Source: Sulfuricurvum sp. (GTDB lineage Bacteria > Campylobacterota > Campylobacteria > Campylobacterales > Sulfurimonadaceae). Taken from it: a stretch of DNA of 64,000 nt. The stretch spans positions 14,955 to 78,954 of the forward strand of contig QKCD01000053.1 of assembly GCA_003245815.1 (NCBI GenBank), in the 5' to 3' direction. The translations under genes were made by a program, and so were the position numbers. Below are positions 24,476 through 34,501 of the stretch, piece after piece. A model generated the notes under the pieces. The model saw only the letters and a program-made list of their open reading frames with translations. It had not been told where the DNA came from and searched no databases. The stretch's first letter is position 1, and every line of letters begins with the position of its first letter.

Positions 24476-25984
24476 GTGGATATTCCTCTTTTTTCACGTT
24501 TTTTCAAACCTTCCCAACCGGTCATACGCCCTAAAGATTTCACGCCGTTGCTTGAATATGCACGATCCCATGCTCTGCGCACCTTCAGTAATACACTGAT
24601 CTGCCGGCATAACTGGCGGAGCACCGTTCCCTTTCTGCTCTTCGATGCCCGGCGGGGTCTCTTTCTTTTCGATGCCGTTCCCTGGGACTTCGCAACCCTG
24701 CGGCGGGCCAAGGCCGCCAATGCCCCCCGCGACCCCAACGCCCCCCGCGATGTCAGTGTCGATGCCCCGCATCAGCTCATCCGCCGCCTTCTCGACGAGG
24801 CGGACGATACCCGGCTCTGCCCCGTCGGCAGCTTTTTGTACCTGCCCAACCTCGATGCCGGTGCCCTGGAGGCACTGGACCCCTCCTTCGGGCGTCTGCT
24901 TCCCGCGTCGCGGGTCATTTTCCGGGACGATACCCAGGAGGAGATCCACGCCAAGCTGAGCGCCGCGCTTCCCTACCGCGACCGCTCCCTGGAAGCGCAG
25001 GAGATCCTTGCCGCCCTCTTCCGCCACTATGTCTGCCATCCCGACGCACTGCGACGCGAGGCGGCGTTCCCCACCGCGGCCCAGGTCGCCTACCTCGAAG
25101 CCGACCTCGGAAGGCGCTCCCGCCTTGTCGGCGGCTACGGCAGCGGCAAGAGTACCCTTTTGCTGCGCAAGGCGCTGCAGGAGCGGCTCGCCCACCCGAG
25201 GCGGCGCATCGTCATCACGGCGCCGACGACGGTCGCCTGCGAACTGATGACCCGGGAGCTGTTGATCCTGATCGACCACGCTATGCTCCCCGTGGACCCG
25301 ACCTCCATCCGCATCATGACCCCTGAGCAGTTAGTCGACGAGCACTACCTCAAATGTCACGGCCATCCGTCGCACCCCCGGGGGCAGGTCACCCAGAAGA
25401 TGATCAAACGCCCCGGTCTCTTCCCCGCCGAGACCCTCTACTGCGACGATGCGCAGCTGCTTTCCGCACACTACCGGGACTACTTTGCCCAGCAACTGCA
25501 AGAGGGACGGCTTCACCTGGCCCTGACCGATGCGGGGGAGACGCAAGGGGAGCATTACCGACTGCCGCACCGCTTCCGTTCCCCCTACAGCGTGGCACAA
25601 TCCGACAGCGGCCTTTTATCGGAACAGCTGCAGCGCTTGGACGGCAACGCCTACATCCACACCCTCCTGCTGCTGCGCCGGCTGCTGGAGGAGGTTCAGG
25701 GCGTTGAGATCCTCGTCGTCGCCCCCGACGACAGCTTCGCGGCAGCCCTCGCCGAGGAGATCGAAGGGTACATCGGCTGTGATCTGCAACTACTTGATCC
25801 CCATAAGAGTCTTTTGAACCAGGATATGGGACAATTGCTCATCGCTGGCGCCGATGACATCAGCGGGCTGCAACGCCGCCATGTCATTGTCATCGACGAC
25901 GGTACGCTGGGTGCACGGCGGCGCACGCACGCACTCTGCCGTGCCGGGTGCCACGCCTACCTGATCTCACATCAAAGCGAGTAA
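24476..25984 (+). CDS. NERD-like N-terminal domain fused to an SF1 (UvrD-like) helicase-type P-loop ATPase
   Basis: 502 aa, GTG start with GGAG upstream. N-terminus …[20 protein letters not shown]… resembles a degenerate NERD core. Walker [10 protein letters not shown], Walker B-like LYCDDAQLL, and C-terminal UvrD_C-like …[21 protein letters not shown]. Confidence 0.6.
   Translation: MDIPLFSRFFKPSQPVIRPKDFTPLLEYARSHALRTFSNTLICRHNWRSTVPFLLFDARRGLFLFDAVPWDFATLRRAKAANAPRDPNAPRDVSVDAPHQLIRRLLDEADDTRLCPVGSFLYLPNLDAGALEALDPSFGRLLPASRVIFRDDTQEEIHAKLSAALPYRDRSLEAQEILAALFRHYVCHPDALRREAAFPTAAQVAYLEADLGRRSRLVGGYGSGKSTLLLRKALQERLAHPRRRIVITAPTTVACELMTRELLILIDHAMLPVDPTSIRIMTPEQLVDEHYLKCHGHPSHPRGQVTQKMIKRPGLFPAETLYCDDAQLLSAHYRDYFAQQLQEGRLHLALTDAGETQGEHYRLPHRFRSPYSVAQSDSGLLSEQLQRLDGNAYIHTLLLLRRLLEEVQGVEILVVAPDDSFAAALAEEIEGYIGCDLQLLDPHKSLLNQDMGQLLIAGADDISGLQRRHVIVIDDGTLGARRRTHALCRAGCHAYLISHQSE
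24719..24754 (+). repeat. tandem 18-bp duplication inside the NERD-like gene (encodes [12 protein letters not shown])
   Basis: AATGCCCCCCGCGACCCC / AACGCCCCCCGCGATGTC. Each unit contains a C6 run. Confidence 0.8.
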
Positions 25985-25989
25985 TATCC

Positions 25990-26388
25990 ATGGAGAAAGT
26001 GATCAAGAGCGACCGCCAATGGCGTGAACAGCTCTCCCCTGAAGCCTACCATGTCTGCCGCGAACACGGCACGGAAGCCCCCTTCAGCGGTGCCTTTTAC
26101 GATTTCAAGGGGGAGGGGGTCTACCGCTGCGTCTGCTGCGGTGCGCCCCTCTTCGCATCCGATACGAAGTTCAACTCCGGCACCGGATGGCCCAGTTTCT
26201 ACGAAAGCATCGATGACGGCGCCATCACCGAGTTCAAAGATACCAGCTACGGCATGGTCCGTACAGAGGTGCGCTGCAGCCGCTGCGAAGCCCACCTCGG
26301 CCATCTTTTCGAAGACGGGCCTGCGCCCACCGGTCTGCGCTACTGCATCAACTCCGTCTGCCTCACCTTCGACGAGGCCGACGACTGA
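25990..26388 (+). CDS. msrB: peptide-methionine (R)-S-oxide reductase
   Basis: Start trimmed to MEKVIKSD…. CxxC…CxxC zinc site and catalytic [11 protein letters not shown]…RYCINS. Confidence 0.95.
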   Translation: MEKVIKSDRQWREQLSPEAYHVCREHGTEAPFSGAFYDFKGEGVYRCVCCGAPLFASDTKFNSGTGWPSFYESIDDGAITEFKDTSYGMVRTEVRCSRCEAHLGHLFEDGPAPTGLRYCINSVCLTFDEADD

Positions 26389-26392
26389 GACG

Positions 26393-26414
26393 CTGTCGGG
26401 TCAAGTCCCGGCAG
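26393..26414 (+). terminator. hairpin after msrB (CTGTCGGG-n6-CCCGGCAG, one G:U)
   Basis: Seen directly 5 nt after the msrB stop. No U-run. Confidence 0.3.
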
Positions 26415-26451
26415 CCGCACCGCTTCCACCCTATCCCAAAGGAGTCACCCC

Positions 26452-26982
26452 ATGCATAAACTCTTAGCCGCTTTCGCTGCGCTGCTCTTCGTTGTGAACC
26501 TGCAGGCCGCGGAACACCCCGTCGTCGTTCTTGAGACCACCCAGGGGAACATCGAACTCGAACTCTTCGAGGATGTCGCCCCCCTCGCCGTGGAGAACTT
26601 CACGACCCACGTCAAGAACGGTTACTACAACGGTATTGCCTTCCACCGGATCATCGCCGGCTTCATGATCCAGGGCGGCGACCCGACCGAGACCGGGCGC
26701 AGCGGCGATTCGATCTGGCACAAACCCTTCAGAGATGAGTTCAAACCGGGACTCGTTTTTGACAAGGCTGGCATCCTGGCCATGGCCAACGCCGGTCCCG
26801 CCACCAACCGCAGCCAATTCTTTATCACCCTGAAGGCCACCCCGTGGCTCAACGGCTACCATACGATCTTCGGCCAGGTCTCCTCCGGCATGGATATCGT
26901 CAAGAAGCTCGGCGTCGTTCCCACGGGTCCCGGCGACCGTCCCCTCCAGCGCCAGGAAATCATCAAGGCCTACCTGAAGTAA
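26452..26982 (+). CDS. secreted cyclophilin-type peptidyl-prolyl isomerase
   Basis: 176 aa. Signal peptide MHKLLAAFAALLFVVNLQA. FHRIIAGFMIQGGDP and SQFFITL motifs. Confidence 0.93.
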   Translation: MHKLLAAFAALLFVVNLQAAEHPVVVLETTQGNIELELFEDVAPLAVENFTTHVKNGYYNGIAFHRIIAGFMIQGGDPTETGRSGDSIWHKPFRDEFKPGLVFDKAGILAMANAGPATNRSQFFITLKATPWLNGYHTIFGQVSSGMDIVKKLGVVPTGPGDRPLQRQEIIKAYLK

Positions 26983-26998
26983 GGGGAGCGCTCTCCCC
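26983..26998 (+). terminator. hairpin GGGGAG-cgct-CTCCCC immediately after the PPIase stop
   Basis: 6-bp GC stem followed by GCTTCCTTT. Confidence 0.35.
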
Positions 26999-27067
26999 GC
27001 TTCCTTTAACCCCGCTTTATCCCACCCCGTCATTGCCGCGTATTCGCGAATCCTTAATCCCTTTTCT

Positions 27068-27075
27068 CCTATAAT
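27068..27075 (+). promoter_or_regulatory. -10 box CCTATAAT for the Sel1-repeat gene
   Basis: TATAAT at 27070-27075. AGGAGG Shine-Dalgarno and ATG at 27100. Confidence 0.45.
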
Positions 27076-27099
27076 CCGCCACCACAACAGGAGGCAGAT

Positions 27100-27564
27100 A
27101 TGGCTATCGACTACTACAACGCGGGGATGAACGCCTACGCGGGCCGGCGTTACCAGGAGGCCTACGACTGGCTGATCCAGGGGAGCGACGACCCCCGCTG
27201 CGACTATGCACTGGGGGTGATGTTCTACAACGGCCAGGGGGTCGAGCGCAGCTACACGCGCTCTACGGAGCACTACGCCAGGGCCGCGGAGGCCGGTATC
27301 GTCCCCGCCCAGGTGAGCGCGGGTTTCGCCTATGCCAATGCCCTGGGGGTCCCCGAAGATTTCGACAAGGCGGCCCGATACCTCAGGATGGCTTCCTCTG
27401 CCGGGGAAGCCGCCGCCAAGATCACCCTTGCGGAGATCTACGCCAAAGGTCACGGCGGTGGCAGCCGCAAAGAGGCGGCAGCGCTGATCCGCGAAGTACT
27501 GAGCCAGGGAAGTTCCGAAGAGGCGATGGATATCTACAGCCGCTACGAGCTGCACAAAGCGTAA
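27100..27564 (+). CDS. Sel1-like repeat (SLR/TPR-type) protein
   Basis: 154 aa. Repeated A-x-x-W/Y…A…G…A…LG…Y..G.GV units (ALGVMFYNGQGVERSYTRSTEHYARAAEAG…). Confidence 0.8.
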   Translation: MAIDYYNAGMNAYAGRRYQEAYDWLIQGSDDPRCDYALGVMFYNGQGVERSYTRSTEHYARAAEAGIVPAQVSAGFAYANALGVPEDFDKAARYLRMASSAGEAAAKITLAEIYAKGHGGGSRKEAAALIREVLSQGSSEEAMDIYSRYELHKA

Positions 27565-27574
27565 ATACGGGGTA

Positions 27575-27595
27575 CGGGCACAGCTTGCGTGCCCG
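27575..27595. terminator. hairpin CGGGCAC-n7-GTGCCCG between convergent genes
   Basis: 7-bp perfect stem in the 46-nt gap between the Sel1 gene and the PiT gene. Confidence 0.45.
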
Positions 27596-27610
27596 GAAAA
27601 GCAAAAGGGG

Positions 27611-29197
27611 TTAGAGCATAAAGCCCTTGATCATGTAGAAGATGGATGCAGCCAGCACCGCGGCGGCCGGGACGGTGATGATCCACGCGGCGATGATCTT
27701 CTTGATGGCGTCGCGCTTGACGTACTTGATGTTTTCCGCCTTCTTGATCATCTTCTTCTCCATCTTGATACGCTCCTCCTCCTCGTCGATCAGGCGGTAG
27801 AGTTCGGCGATGCGTTCGTAATCCGTCTGTCCCTTGTTCGGCAGGGCGAGCAGGTCGTCCCGCTCGGCGCTGAGTGCCCGAAGCACCTTCTTCTCTTCGG
27901 CGAGATTCGCCTTCTCCTGCCGGATCTTCTCCTCCTCTTTCGTCGTCGCCAGGTACTCCCGCAGGAAGCCGACGCCGAAGACACCGCCGACGGCGATGTG
28001 TGTGGAACTGACCGGCAGGCCCAGCTGCGACGCGACGATAACCGTGATCGCGGCGGCCATGGCGATACTGAAGGCCCGGATCTGGTCGAGCTCGGTGATC
28101 TCGCTGCCGACGGTCTTGATCAGCCTCGGGCCGTAAAGCGCCAGCCCCAGGGAGATACCGATGGCGCCGACGAGCATGACCCAGAGCGGAATCGGCGCTT
28201 TGGCCGAAATGATGTTGTTCTGTACGGCGTCGGCGATGGCCGCCAGCGGCCCGATGGCGTTGGCCACGTCATTGGCGCCATGGGCGAAACTCAGCAGCGC
28301 AGCGGCGAAGATCAGGGGGATCGTGAAGAGGGTGTTGACGTCGCTTCGCATGTCCGAAAGTTTGTTGCTCGCCTTGACGATCATCGGACGCACGAGAAAG
28401 AAGACCGCCACGGCGATGACCAGGCCGATGCCCGATGCCGTCATAAAGTCGACCTTGATCAGGTGCTTGACCCCTTTGAGCATCAGGTAGGTCGCGAAGG
28501 CCCAGGCCATGATCGCCACGTAGAGCGGCACCATCTTTTTCGCGGCGTCAAGACGCCCCTCTTTGTAGACAATGGAACGTTTGATGGAAAAGAGGAAGAG
28601 CGCCGCGATGAGTCCCCCCAGTACCGGTGAGATGACCCAGCTCGCCGCAATCTTGCCCATGGTTCCCCACTTGACAATGGAGAAGCCCGCGGCGGCGATC
28701 CCCGCCCCCATGACGCCGCCGACGATGGAGTGTGTCGTCGAGACCGGTGCGCCGATCGCCGTGGCGAGGTTAAGCCAGAGACCGCCCGCCAGCAGTGCCG
28801 CCGTCATCGCCCAGATGAACTCCGCCGAGTCGGCAAAGAGCATCGGATCGATGATCCCCTTTTTGATCGTACTGACGACATCCCCGCCGGCGATCAGGGC
28901 GCCAGACGCCTCGAAAATGGCGGCGATAAGGATCGCACCGCCGAGGGTAAGAGCCTTGGAGCCGACAGCAGGCCCGACGTTGTTGGCGACATCGTTGGCC
29001 CCGATGTTGAGGGCCATGTAGGCCCCGAACATCGCCCCGATCGCGAGGAATGCACTGTTGGGCACATGACCGTAGGCACCGAAACTGTACCAGAGGACCA
29101 CGACCATAAAGAAGAGGGCCACGCCCATTCTGAAGAAGTCGCTCCGCGAACTTTTGACCGCCTTGGTCTCCATCTTTTTTACTGTCCGAATGTCCAT
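27611..29197 (-). CDS. PiT-family inorganic phosphate transporter
   Basis: Duplicated GANDVAN motifs (NIGANDVANNVGP and AHGANDVANAIGP), many TM helices, and a charged internal loop. Start set at ATG 29197 (MDIRTV…); GTG 29215 and ATG 29173 are alternatives. Confidence 0.9.
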   Translation of the reverse strand: MDIRTVKKMETKAVKSSRSDFFRMGVALFFMVVVLWYSFGAYGHVPNSAFLAIGAMFGAYMALNIGANDVANNVGPAVGSKALTLGGAILIAAIFEASGALIAGGDVVSTIKKGIIDPMLFADSAEFIWAMTAALLAGGLWLNLATAIGAPVSTTHSIVGGVMGAGIAAAGFSIVKWGTMGKIAASWVISPVLGGLIAALFLFSIKRSIVYKEGRLDAAKKMVPLYVAIMAWAFATYLMLKGVKHLIKVDFMTASGIGLVIAVAVFFLVRPMIVKASNKLSDMRSDVNTLFTIPLIFAAALLSFAHGANDVANAIGPLAAIADAVQNNIISAKAPIPLWVMLVGAIGISLGLALYGPRLIKTVGSEITELDQIRAFSIAMAAAITVIVASQLGLPVSSTHIAVGGVFGVGFLREYLATTKEEEKIRQEKANLAEEKKVLRALSAERDDLLALPNKGQTDYERIAELYRLIDEEEERIKMEKKMIKKAENIKYVKRDAIKKIIAAWIITVPAAAVLAASIFYMIKGFML

Positions 29198-29232
29198 CGG
29201 GTCTGCCGCCTTCACGTAGTTTTAGGTCTGAA

Positions 29233-29241
29233 AGTATACCA
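29233..29241 (-). promoter_or_regulatory. extended -10 box TGgTATACT for the PiT gene
   Basis: Reverse complement of 29233-29241 is TGGTATACT. Confidence 0.4.
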
Positions 29242-29335
29242 TCTGTTACCTGATTGTAACCGTACGCTTTTACAGGTACATTCGCCTCCTTAAGGGAGGA
29301 TCGGGTCCGGTCGCACACGCTTTTTACCCTTCTTT

Positions 29336-29344
29336 TGCTATAAT
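29336..29344 (+). promoter_or_regulatory. extended -10 box TGcTATAAT for serS
   Basis: 35 nt upstream of ATG 29380. AGGA at 29371-29374. Confidence 0.5.
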
Positions 29345-29379
29345 CAGACCAATTCATACACCTTTGACCTAGGACACCG

Positions 29380-30654
29380 ATGATCGACCTGAAACTGTTA
29401 CAGAAAGATTTTGACAGCGTGAGTGCACAGTTGCAGCGCAAAGGCGTCGACGCGGCGCTGATCGCGGCGCTGAAAGCCAACAACGAAACCCTCAAAAGCG
29501 CCAAGGGCGCCTACGAAGCGGCCCAGGCCAAGCAGAACGAGATGAGCAAGCTCTTCGGCGTCTACAAGCGTGAAGGCCGGGACATCGCCCCTCTCAAGGC
29601 CGACCTCGACGCGAACAAGGCGGCCATCACCGAACTCCAGGAGGCGATGCGGACGGCGGACGAAGCCCTCAACGCCATGGCGATGGGCATCCCCAACCTT
29701 CCCGACGCCGACGTTCCCGACGGCGCGGATGAAAACGACAACGTCGAGATCCGCAAGGTCCTCACCCCCCCAGAGTTCCCCTTTATCCCCAAAGAGCACT
29801 GGGAGCTGGCCGAGCAGAATGGCTGGATCGACTTCGAACGGGGAGTCAAACTCGCCAAAAGCCGTTTCAGCGTCGTCTACGACATGGGCGCACGCGTCGA
29901 GCGTGCCCTGATCAACTTCATGCTTGATTTCAACCGCTCCCGCGGCTTTATCGAGGTGAGCGTTCCCGAACTTGTCAACCGTACGGCCCTGGAGGGTACG
30001 GGGCAGCTGCCGAAGTTCGAGGAGGACCTCTTCAAGACCGACGACGGCCTCTTCCTGATCCCGACGGCGGAGGTCCCGCTCACCAACCTCTACCAGGACG
30101 AGATCCTCGACAAGGCACAGCTGCCGATCAAGATGACCGGCCACACCGCCTGTTTCCGCAAGGAAGCGGGTTCCGCCGGCCGCGATACCCGCGGAATGAT
30201 CCGTCAGCACCAGTTCCGCAAGGTGGAACTCGTCTGCATCGCCGCGGCCGACGACAGCGACCGGGTCTTCGACGAAATGGTCGCGTGTGCCTCCGACATG
30301 CTGAGTGCGCTGAAGCTGCCCCACCGCCTCGTCACCCTCTGTACGGGCGACCTCGGCTTCGGCGCGGCGAAGACCGTCGACCTCGAGGTCTGGCTGCCGG
30401 GCCAGAACACCTACCGGGAGATCAGTTCCGTCTCCAATACCCGCGACTTTCAAGCCCGGCGCGCAAAGATCCGATATAAAGAGGAGAAGAAGAACCTCCT
30501 CGCCCATACCCTCAACGGTTCCGCCCTCGCGGTGGGCCGCACGATGGTGGCCATCATGGAGAACTTCCAGAACGCCGACGGCAGCATCACGCTCCCCGAT
30601 GCCCTCATCCCCTACATGGGACCGGACTTCCCGGGCGACACGCAAAGAGGCTGA
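29380..30654 (+). CDS. serS: seryl-tRNA synthetase
   Basis: 424 aa. N-terminal coiled-coil arm and class II motifs (…[25 protein letters not shown]…, …GSALAVGRT…). Confidence 0.97.
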   Translation: MIDLKLLQKDFDSVSAQLQRKGVDAALIAALKANNETLKSAKGAYEAAQAKQNEMSKLFGVYKREGRDIAPLKADLDANKAAITELQEAMRTADEALNAMAMGIPNLPDADVPDGADENDNVEIRKVLTPPEFPFIPKEHWELAEQNGWIDFERGVKLAKSRFSVVYDMGARVERALINFMLDFNRSRGFIEVSVPELVNRTALEGTGQLPKFEEDLFKTDDGLFLIPTAEVPLTNLYQDEILDKAQLPIKMTGHTACFRKEAGSAGRDTRGMIRQHQFRKVELVCIAAADDSDRVFDEMVACASDMLSALKLPHRLVTLCTGDLGFGAAKTVDLEVWLPGQNTYREISSVSNTRDFQARRAKIRYKEEKKNLLAHTLNGSALAVGRTMVAIMENFQNADGSITLPDALIPYMGPDFPGDTQRG

Positions 30655-30708
30655 AGCACGGCGCCGCCTCCGGGTGGCACGATATCATAAGAGCAAAGGG
30701 TAACCTCC

Positions 30709-33102
30709 GTGGCAGAAGAAATGGGGCTTGATCGGAACGAAGAGATCATCATCATCGACGAAACCGAGGCCGCTTCCGTCACCGAGCGTGGCACGGGGCA
30801 GGAGACCCCCCCGCCGGGGGCGTCCGGGGAGAAGGTTCGCAAACTCCTGATCGGACTGGTCGCCCTGCTCTTCGCCATCCTCCTCGTACTCGTCGTTGTC
30901 GCCCTCCTCTCCCCGAAAACCGAAGAACCCGCCCCTGAGCAACGCTTCGAAGCGATTGGGACGAAACTCGAAGAACCCCCAGCCGAGACGGTCGAAGTGA
31001 GCCGGCTGGAGAAGATGATCGCCCGTGCGAACTACCTCTACAGCAGCGGCGACAAGACGGAGGCCCTGCGCCTCTTTGAACGCATCGCCGTCTACAGCGA
31101 GTCGATCTCCCAGTACAACCTCGGCGTCGCCCAGCTCAAAGAGCAGCAGTACGCCACGGCTATCGAGACCTTCAAAAAGGCGATCGCCAACGGCGACAAC
31201 CGCTGCGTCAGCGCCATCAACGCCGCCGTCTGCGCCCTGCACCTGGGCAACCGTGAGACCTTCGACTACTACATCGACCTCGCCCAGACCTACCTCCCCT
31301 ACGAGACCGCTTCGCCGCTCTACTCCTACTACTACGCCCTGATCAACTACTACCGCGGCAACTATCTCGAGGCCCTGGTGGCACTGCAGAACCCTTCATC
31401 CGAGGCTTACGCCCTGATGCAGAAGAAGATCCGAAGCCGGATCGAGACCCTCTACGTGGACTATTACGACGCGATCACCGCCCTGGAGAACCCGCAGGAG
31501 GCGAAAGACGCCTTCTCCCTGGGACTGCTCTACGCCAATATCGGGGACCTCACCCTGGCCAAGAAGTACCTCGCCGAAGCGGTTATTCAGGGCAACGACC
31601 CCCTCGGCGAGCAGCTCGCCCTCGCCTACGTCCAGCTCAAGTCCGGCCAGCTCGACGACGGCGGCAAACTGCTGCGCGACCTGACGGACATGTACGGCGA
31701 GGCTGTCTACAAACCCTACCCCGTCAGGGTCTTTCTGAAATCCGCCCTCTTCGACCCCTCGGCGGCCCAGGAGCAGTACCGCAACCGGATCGGCAAGGAG
31801 CGCGAAGTCCTCTACCAGAAACTCTTCTACTTCGCCCCCTACAAGGTCTTCAACGCCGAACAGACGATCAGCTACATCCGCAAGGGGACGGCCAACATCT
31901 ACATCGACGACATCTCCTCCGCAAAGGAGTACCTCGACAAGAGCTCCCGCACCTCCGCCGTCAACTACGGGATCGCCCAGGCGATCAAAAAATCCCTGGC
32001 ATTCCGGCTCCGCGACGCCAATACCCAGCTGCTCAAGCTCCTCAAGCTCCATCCGCGCCACTCGATCCTCCACTACAACCTGGGGCTCACCTTCGCGCAG
32101 CTCGGGGACATGGCTAGCGCCCACACCCACTTCCTGCGCTCCTACCATCTTGACGCCAACAACTACCTCTCGGGGCTTTTCGCCTACATGACGGCACAGG
32201 TCACGAACAAGAAGATGCCCAAACTGCTTGCGATCATCACCGAGAACCTCGCCAACGAGCCCGAGGAGGAGGAGTTCGCGCTCTACCGGACCCTGCTCAA
32301 CATCGCCAATGACAACATCATCGGCACCGCCGAATGGCTCGGCAACGACTACAAGGAGCGCCCGCTCTACCTGATGATGACCCTCTACATCGCGACGGAG
32401 CTCGGCAAACACGAGCAGGCGCAGAAGGCGGCCGAAAAGCTCTGCTACCAGCTTCCCAACGACATCCTCCCCCACCTGCTCTATATCGACACCCACTTCC
32501 GCCAACTGCCGGACAAGGGCTACGCCAAGAACGTCATCAACTACCTCAAACAGCAGCACCTGGGCTTTGACGACCTCTATTTCGGTCCCTTCATCACCCG
32601 CTACCTCTATACTCAGACGGCGCTGATCACCGGCAGCCTCTACCCGCTGCGCACCCAGCTCAGGACGAAGCTCGAGACGACGACGGAAACGCCCCAGGAC
32701 ATCATGGGGGCCCTCGCCCTCGCCTCCATCTACGACCGCGCATTTGAAGAGGCCTACACCCTCTACAACCAGATCGTCGACGACTACAAAATCCGCGACA
32801 GCCGGACCCTCTTCCTCGGTGCGGTCGCCTCAACCGGCGCCGGCCACGACGCCAACGCCATCGGCCTGCTGGAACTGGCGAAGCTCAAAGACCCGGAGAA
32901 TATGGAGAGCCGCTACGCCCTCGGCCTGCTCTACCTGCGCGTCAAAAACAACCAGGGCGCCTCGCTGCAGTTCCAATACATCGGCAACAGCGGCTTCACC
33001 TCCGCCTATTTCAACTTTATGATCGACACGGACAAACTGCTTTTCGAACGCAACGTCGAAGCGGAAAAAACGGAGAAAACGGCAGCGAAGCCCGCCGCCT
33101 GA
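30709..33102 (+). CDS. large membrane-anchored TPR-repeat protein, PflB-like (flagellar motor scaffold candidate)
   Basis: 797 aa. One TM (LLIGLVALLFAILLVLVVVALL) followed by many TPR-like repeats. Lies directly downstream of serS, the arrangement I recall for pflB in C. jejuni. GTG 30709 or ATG 30721 as start. Confidence 0.7.
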   Translation: MAEEMGLDRNEEIIIIDETEAASVTERGTGQETPPPGASGEKVRKLLIGLVALLFAILLVLVVVALLSPKTEEPAPEQRFEAIGTKLEEPPAETVEVSRLEKMIARANYLYSSGDKTEALRLFERIAVYSESISQYNLGVAQLKEQQYATAIETFKKAIANGDNRCVSAINAAVCALHLGNRETFDYYIDLAQTYLPYETASPLYSYYYALINYYRGNYLEALVALQNPSSEAYALMQKKIRSRIETLYVDYYDAITALENPQEAKDAFSLGLLYANIGDLTLAKKYLAEAVIQGNDPLGEQLALAYVQLKSGQLDDGGKLLRDLTDMYGEAVYKPYPVRVFLKSALFDPSAAQEQYRNRIGKEREVLYQKLFYFAPYKVFNAEQTISYIRKGTANIYIDDISSAKEYLDKSSRTSAVNYGIAQAIKKSLAFRLRDANTQLLKLLKLHPRHSILHYNLGLTFAQLGDMASAHTHFLRSYHLDANNYLSGLFAYMTAQVTNKKMPKLLAIITENLANEPEEEEFALYRTLLNIANDNIIGTAEWLGNDYKERPLYLMMTLYIATELGKHEQAQKAAEKLCYQLPNDILPHLLYIDTHFRQLPDKGYAKNVINYLKQQHLGFDDLYFGPFITRYLYTQTALITGSLYPLRTQLRTKLETTTETPQDIMGALALASIYDRAFEEAYTLYNQIVDDYKIRDSRTLFLGAVASTGAGHDANAIGLLELAKLKDPENMESRYALGLLYLRVKNNQGASLQFQYIGNSGFTSAYFNFMIDTDKLLFERNVEAEKTEKTAAKPAA

Positions 33103-33108
33103 GAGGGA

Positions 33109-33843
33109 CTACTTCTTCAGCCGCCGAAAACGGCGGGGCACATAGATGAGCGCACGCAGCGGTCCGTAGAGGATATAGAGACCAAACAGCAGGGCGAACC
33201 CCACGATCGGGTAGAGGAATACGAGCAGCGCCGCGAAGACGATCGCCACGAACGAGCGCGTCACATGCATCGCGTGGAGGTCGATCTTCTTGAAGCTGGG
33301 ATAGCGGATGTTGCTCACCATCAAGAGGGCGACGGCCACCATCAGGATCAAGATCACGTAGCCCAGCGGCTTCATCCCCCCGAAGTGGGTGAAGAGCAGC
33401 ACCATCAGCGCGACGAAAACGGCCGCGGTCGGGATCGGCAGGCCAATAAAGACCGAAGGCTCCGTCTGGGCCGTCATCACGTTGAAACGGGCCAGGCGGA
33501 TCGCCCCGAAAATGACGAACAGGGCGCTGACGACGACGCCGTAGCGACCGTAATCGACGCCGACGTAGGTGTAGACCAGCAGCGCCGGTGCCACTCCGAA
33601 GGCGACGATATCCGCCAGGGAGTCGAATTCAACCCCGAACTTGCTGCAGGTGTTCGTCAGCCGCGCGACCCTACCGTCAAGGCCGTCGAAAAGCATCGCG
33701 ACCATGATCAGCCAGGCCGCCTTTTCATAGGAGCCGCTGACGGCGCTGAGCATGCTCAGCACCCCGGAGAAGATCCCGGCAGCCGTAAAGAAGTTCGGAA
33801 GGATGTAGATGAGGCTCGAGGGGTGGCGTCTGTTCGGCATCAC
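33109..33843 (-). CDS. pssA: CDP-diacylglycerol--serine O-phosphatidyltransferase
   Basis: 244 aa. CDP-alcohol phosphatidyltransferase motif DGLDGRVARLTNTCSKFGVEFDSLAD. Confidence 0.9.
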   Translation of the reverse strand: MMPNRRHPSSLIYILPNFFTAAGIFSGVLSMLSAVSGSYEKAAWLIMVAMLFDGLDGRVARLTNTCSKFGVEFDSLADIVAFGVAPALLVYTYVGVDYGRYGVVVSALFVIFGAIRLARFNVMTAQTEPSVFIGLPIPTAAVFVALMVLLFTHFGGMKPLGYVILILMVAVALLMVSNIRYPSFKKIDLHAMHVTRSFVAIVFAALLVFLYPIVGFALLFGLYILYGPLRALIYVPRRFRRLKK

Positions 33844-33850
33844 GGTGCCC

Positions 33851-34501
33851 TTAAGAGAAGTATCCTATCAGCGTCTGCCCGGCCCGTACCTCGTCACCGA
33901 CCTTGACGGCGACACGGCTTGCAGCCGGGAGGTAGAGGCTGTGACACCCGCGGACCAGAAGACCGTAGCGGCTTCCCTGCATCAGGCGCTGTTCGTGGTG
34001 CACATGCAGCGAGAGGGCGTCAATGCTGGTGTTGAGCATATGCTCAATCGCGCAGCGTTGCCCCTTCTCGTCCTCGAACTGCAGCAGTGCCGTTTCGTTG
34101 AGTTTGCGTGCCAGGGCACTGTGGGCCGAAAGGCGGCTGCCCCGGCGTACCTTCAGGCGGCGCACTACCGCTTCAAAAGGTGCTCTCAGCAGCGAAACGT
34201 CGAAGGAGGAGGAGACAATATCGACACGGTAGCAGGGCCCTTCGAAAGCACTGCAGCCGTCGACCGTCTCGATCGCGGTGACCCGCCCGTCGGCGAAAGC
34301 GACAATACTGCCATTCTGGTAATAGGGGACGATGCGTTCGGGGTTGCGGTAGATGTAGATAATGAGCACGGCCGCCGCGAATGCGGCGAACTGCAGCAGT
34401 TCGAGGTCCGTCAGCAGAAAGACGATATAGGCGGCCAGAGCCGCCATCAGAAATTTCCAGGCCTCCCTGGCGACGATAAAGGTATCACTTTGTTCCATCA
34501 T
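33851..34501 (-). CDS. phosphatidylserine decarboxylase family protein (short, membrane-anchored type)
   Basis: Start trimmed to MMEQSD… with GGAGGAAG upstream. N-terminal TMs. C-terminal …GSRYGLL…VGDEVRAGQTLIGYF resembles Psd-related proteins. Overlaps the ftsH 3' end by 17 nt. Confidence 0.7.
   Translation of the reverse strand: MMEQSDTFIVAREAWKFLMAALAAYIVFLLTDLELLQFAAFAAAVLIIYIYRNPERIVPYYQNGSIVAFADGRVTAIETVDGCSAFEGPCYRVDIVSSSFDVSLLRAPFEAVVRRLKVRRGSRLSAHSALARKLNETALLQFEDEKGQRCAIEHMLNTSIDALSLHVHHEQRLMQGSRYGLLVRGCHSLYLPAASRVAVKVGDEVRAGQTLIGYFS

Noticed and set aside
30675-30680. TGGCAC upstream of the PflB-like gene as a sigma-54 -24 element.
   Set aside because: The expected -12 GC element (TTGC, 5 nt downstream) is absent; the sequence there is GATATCATAAG.
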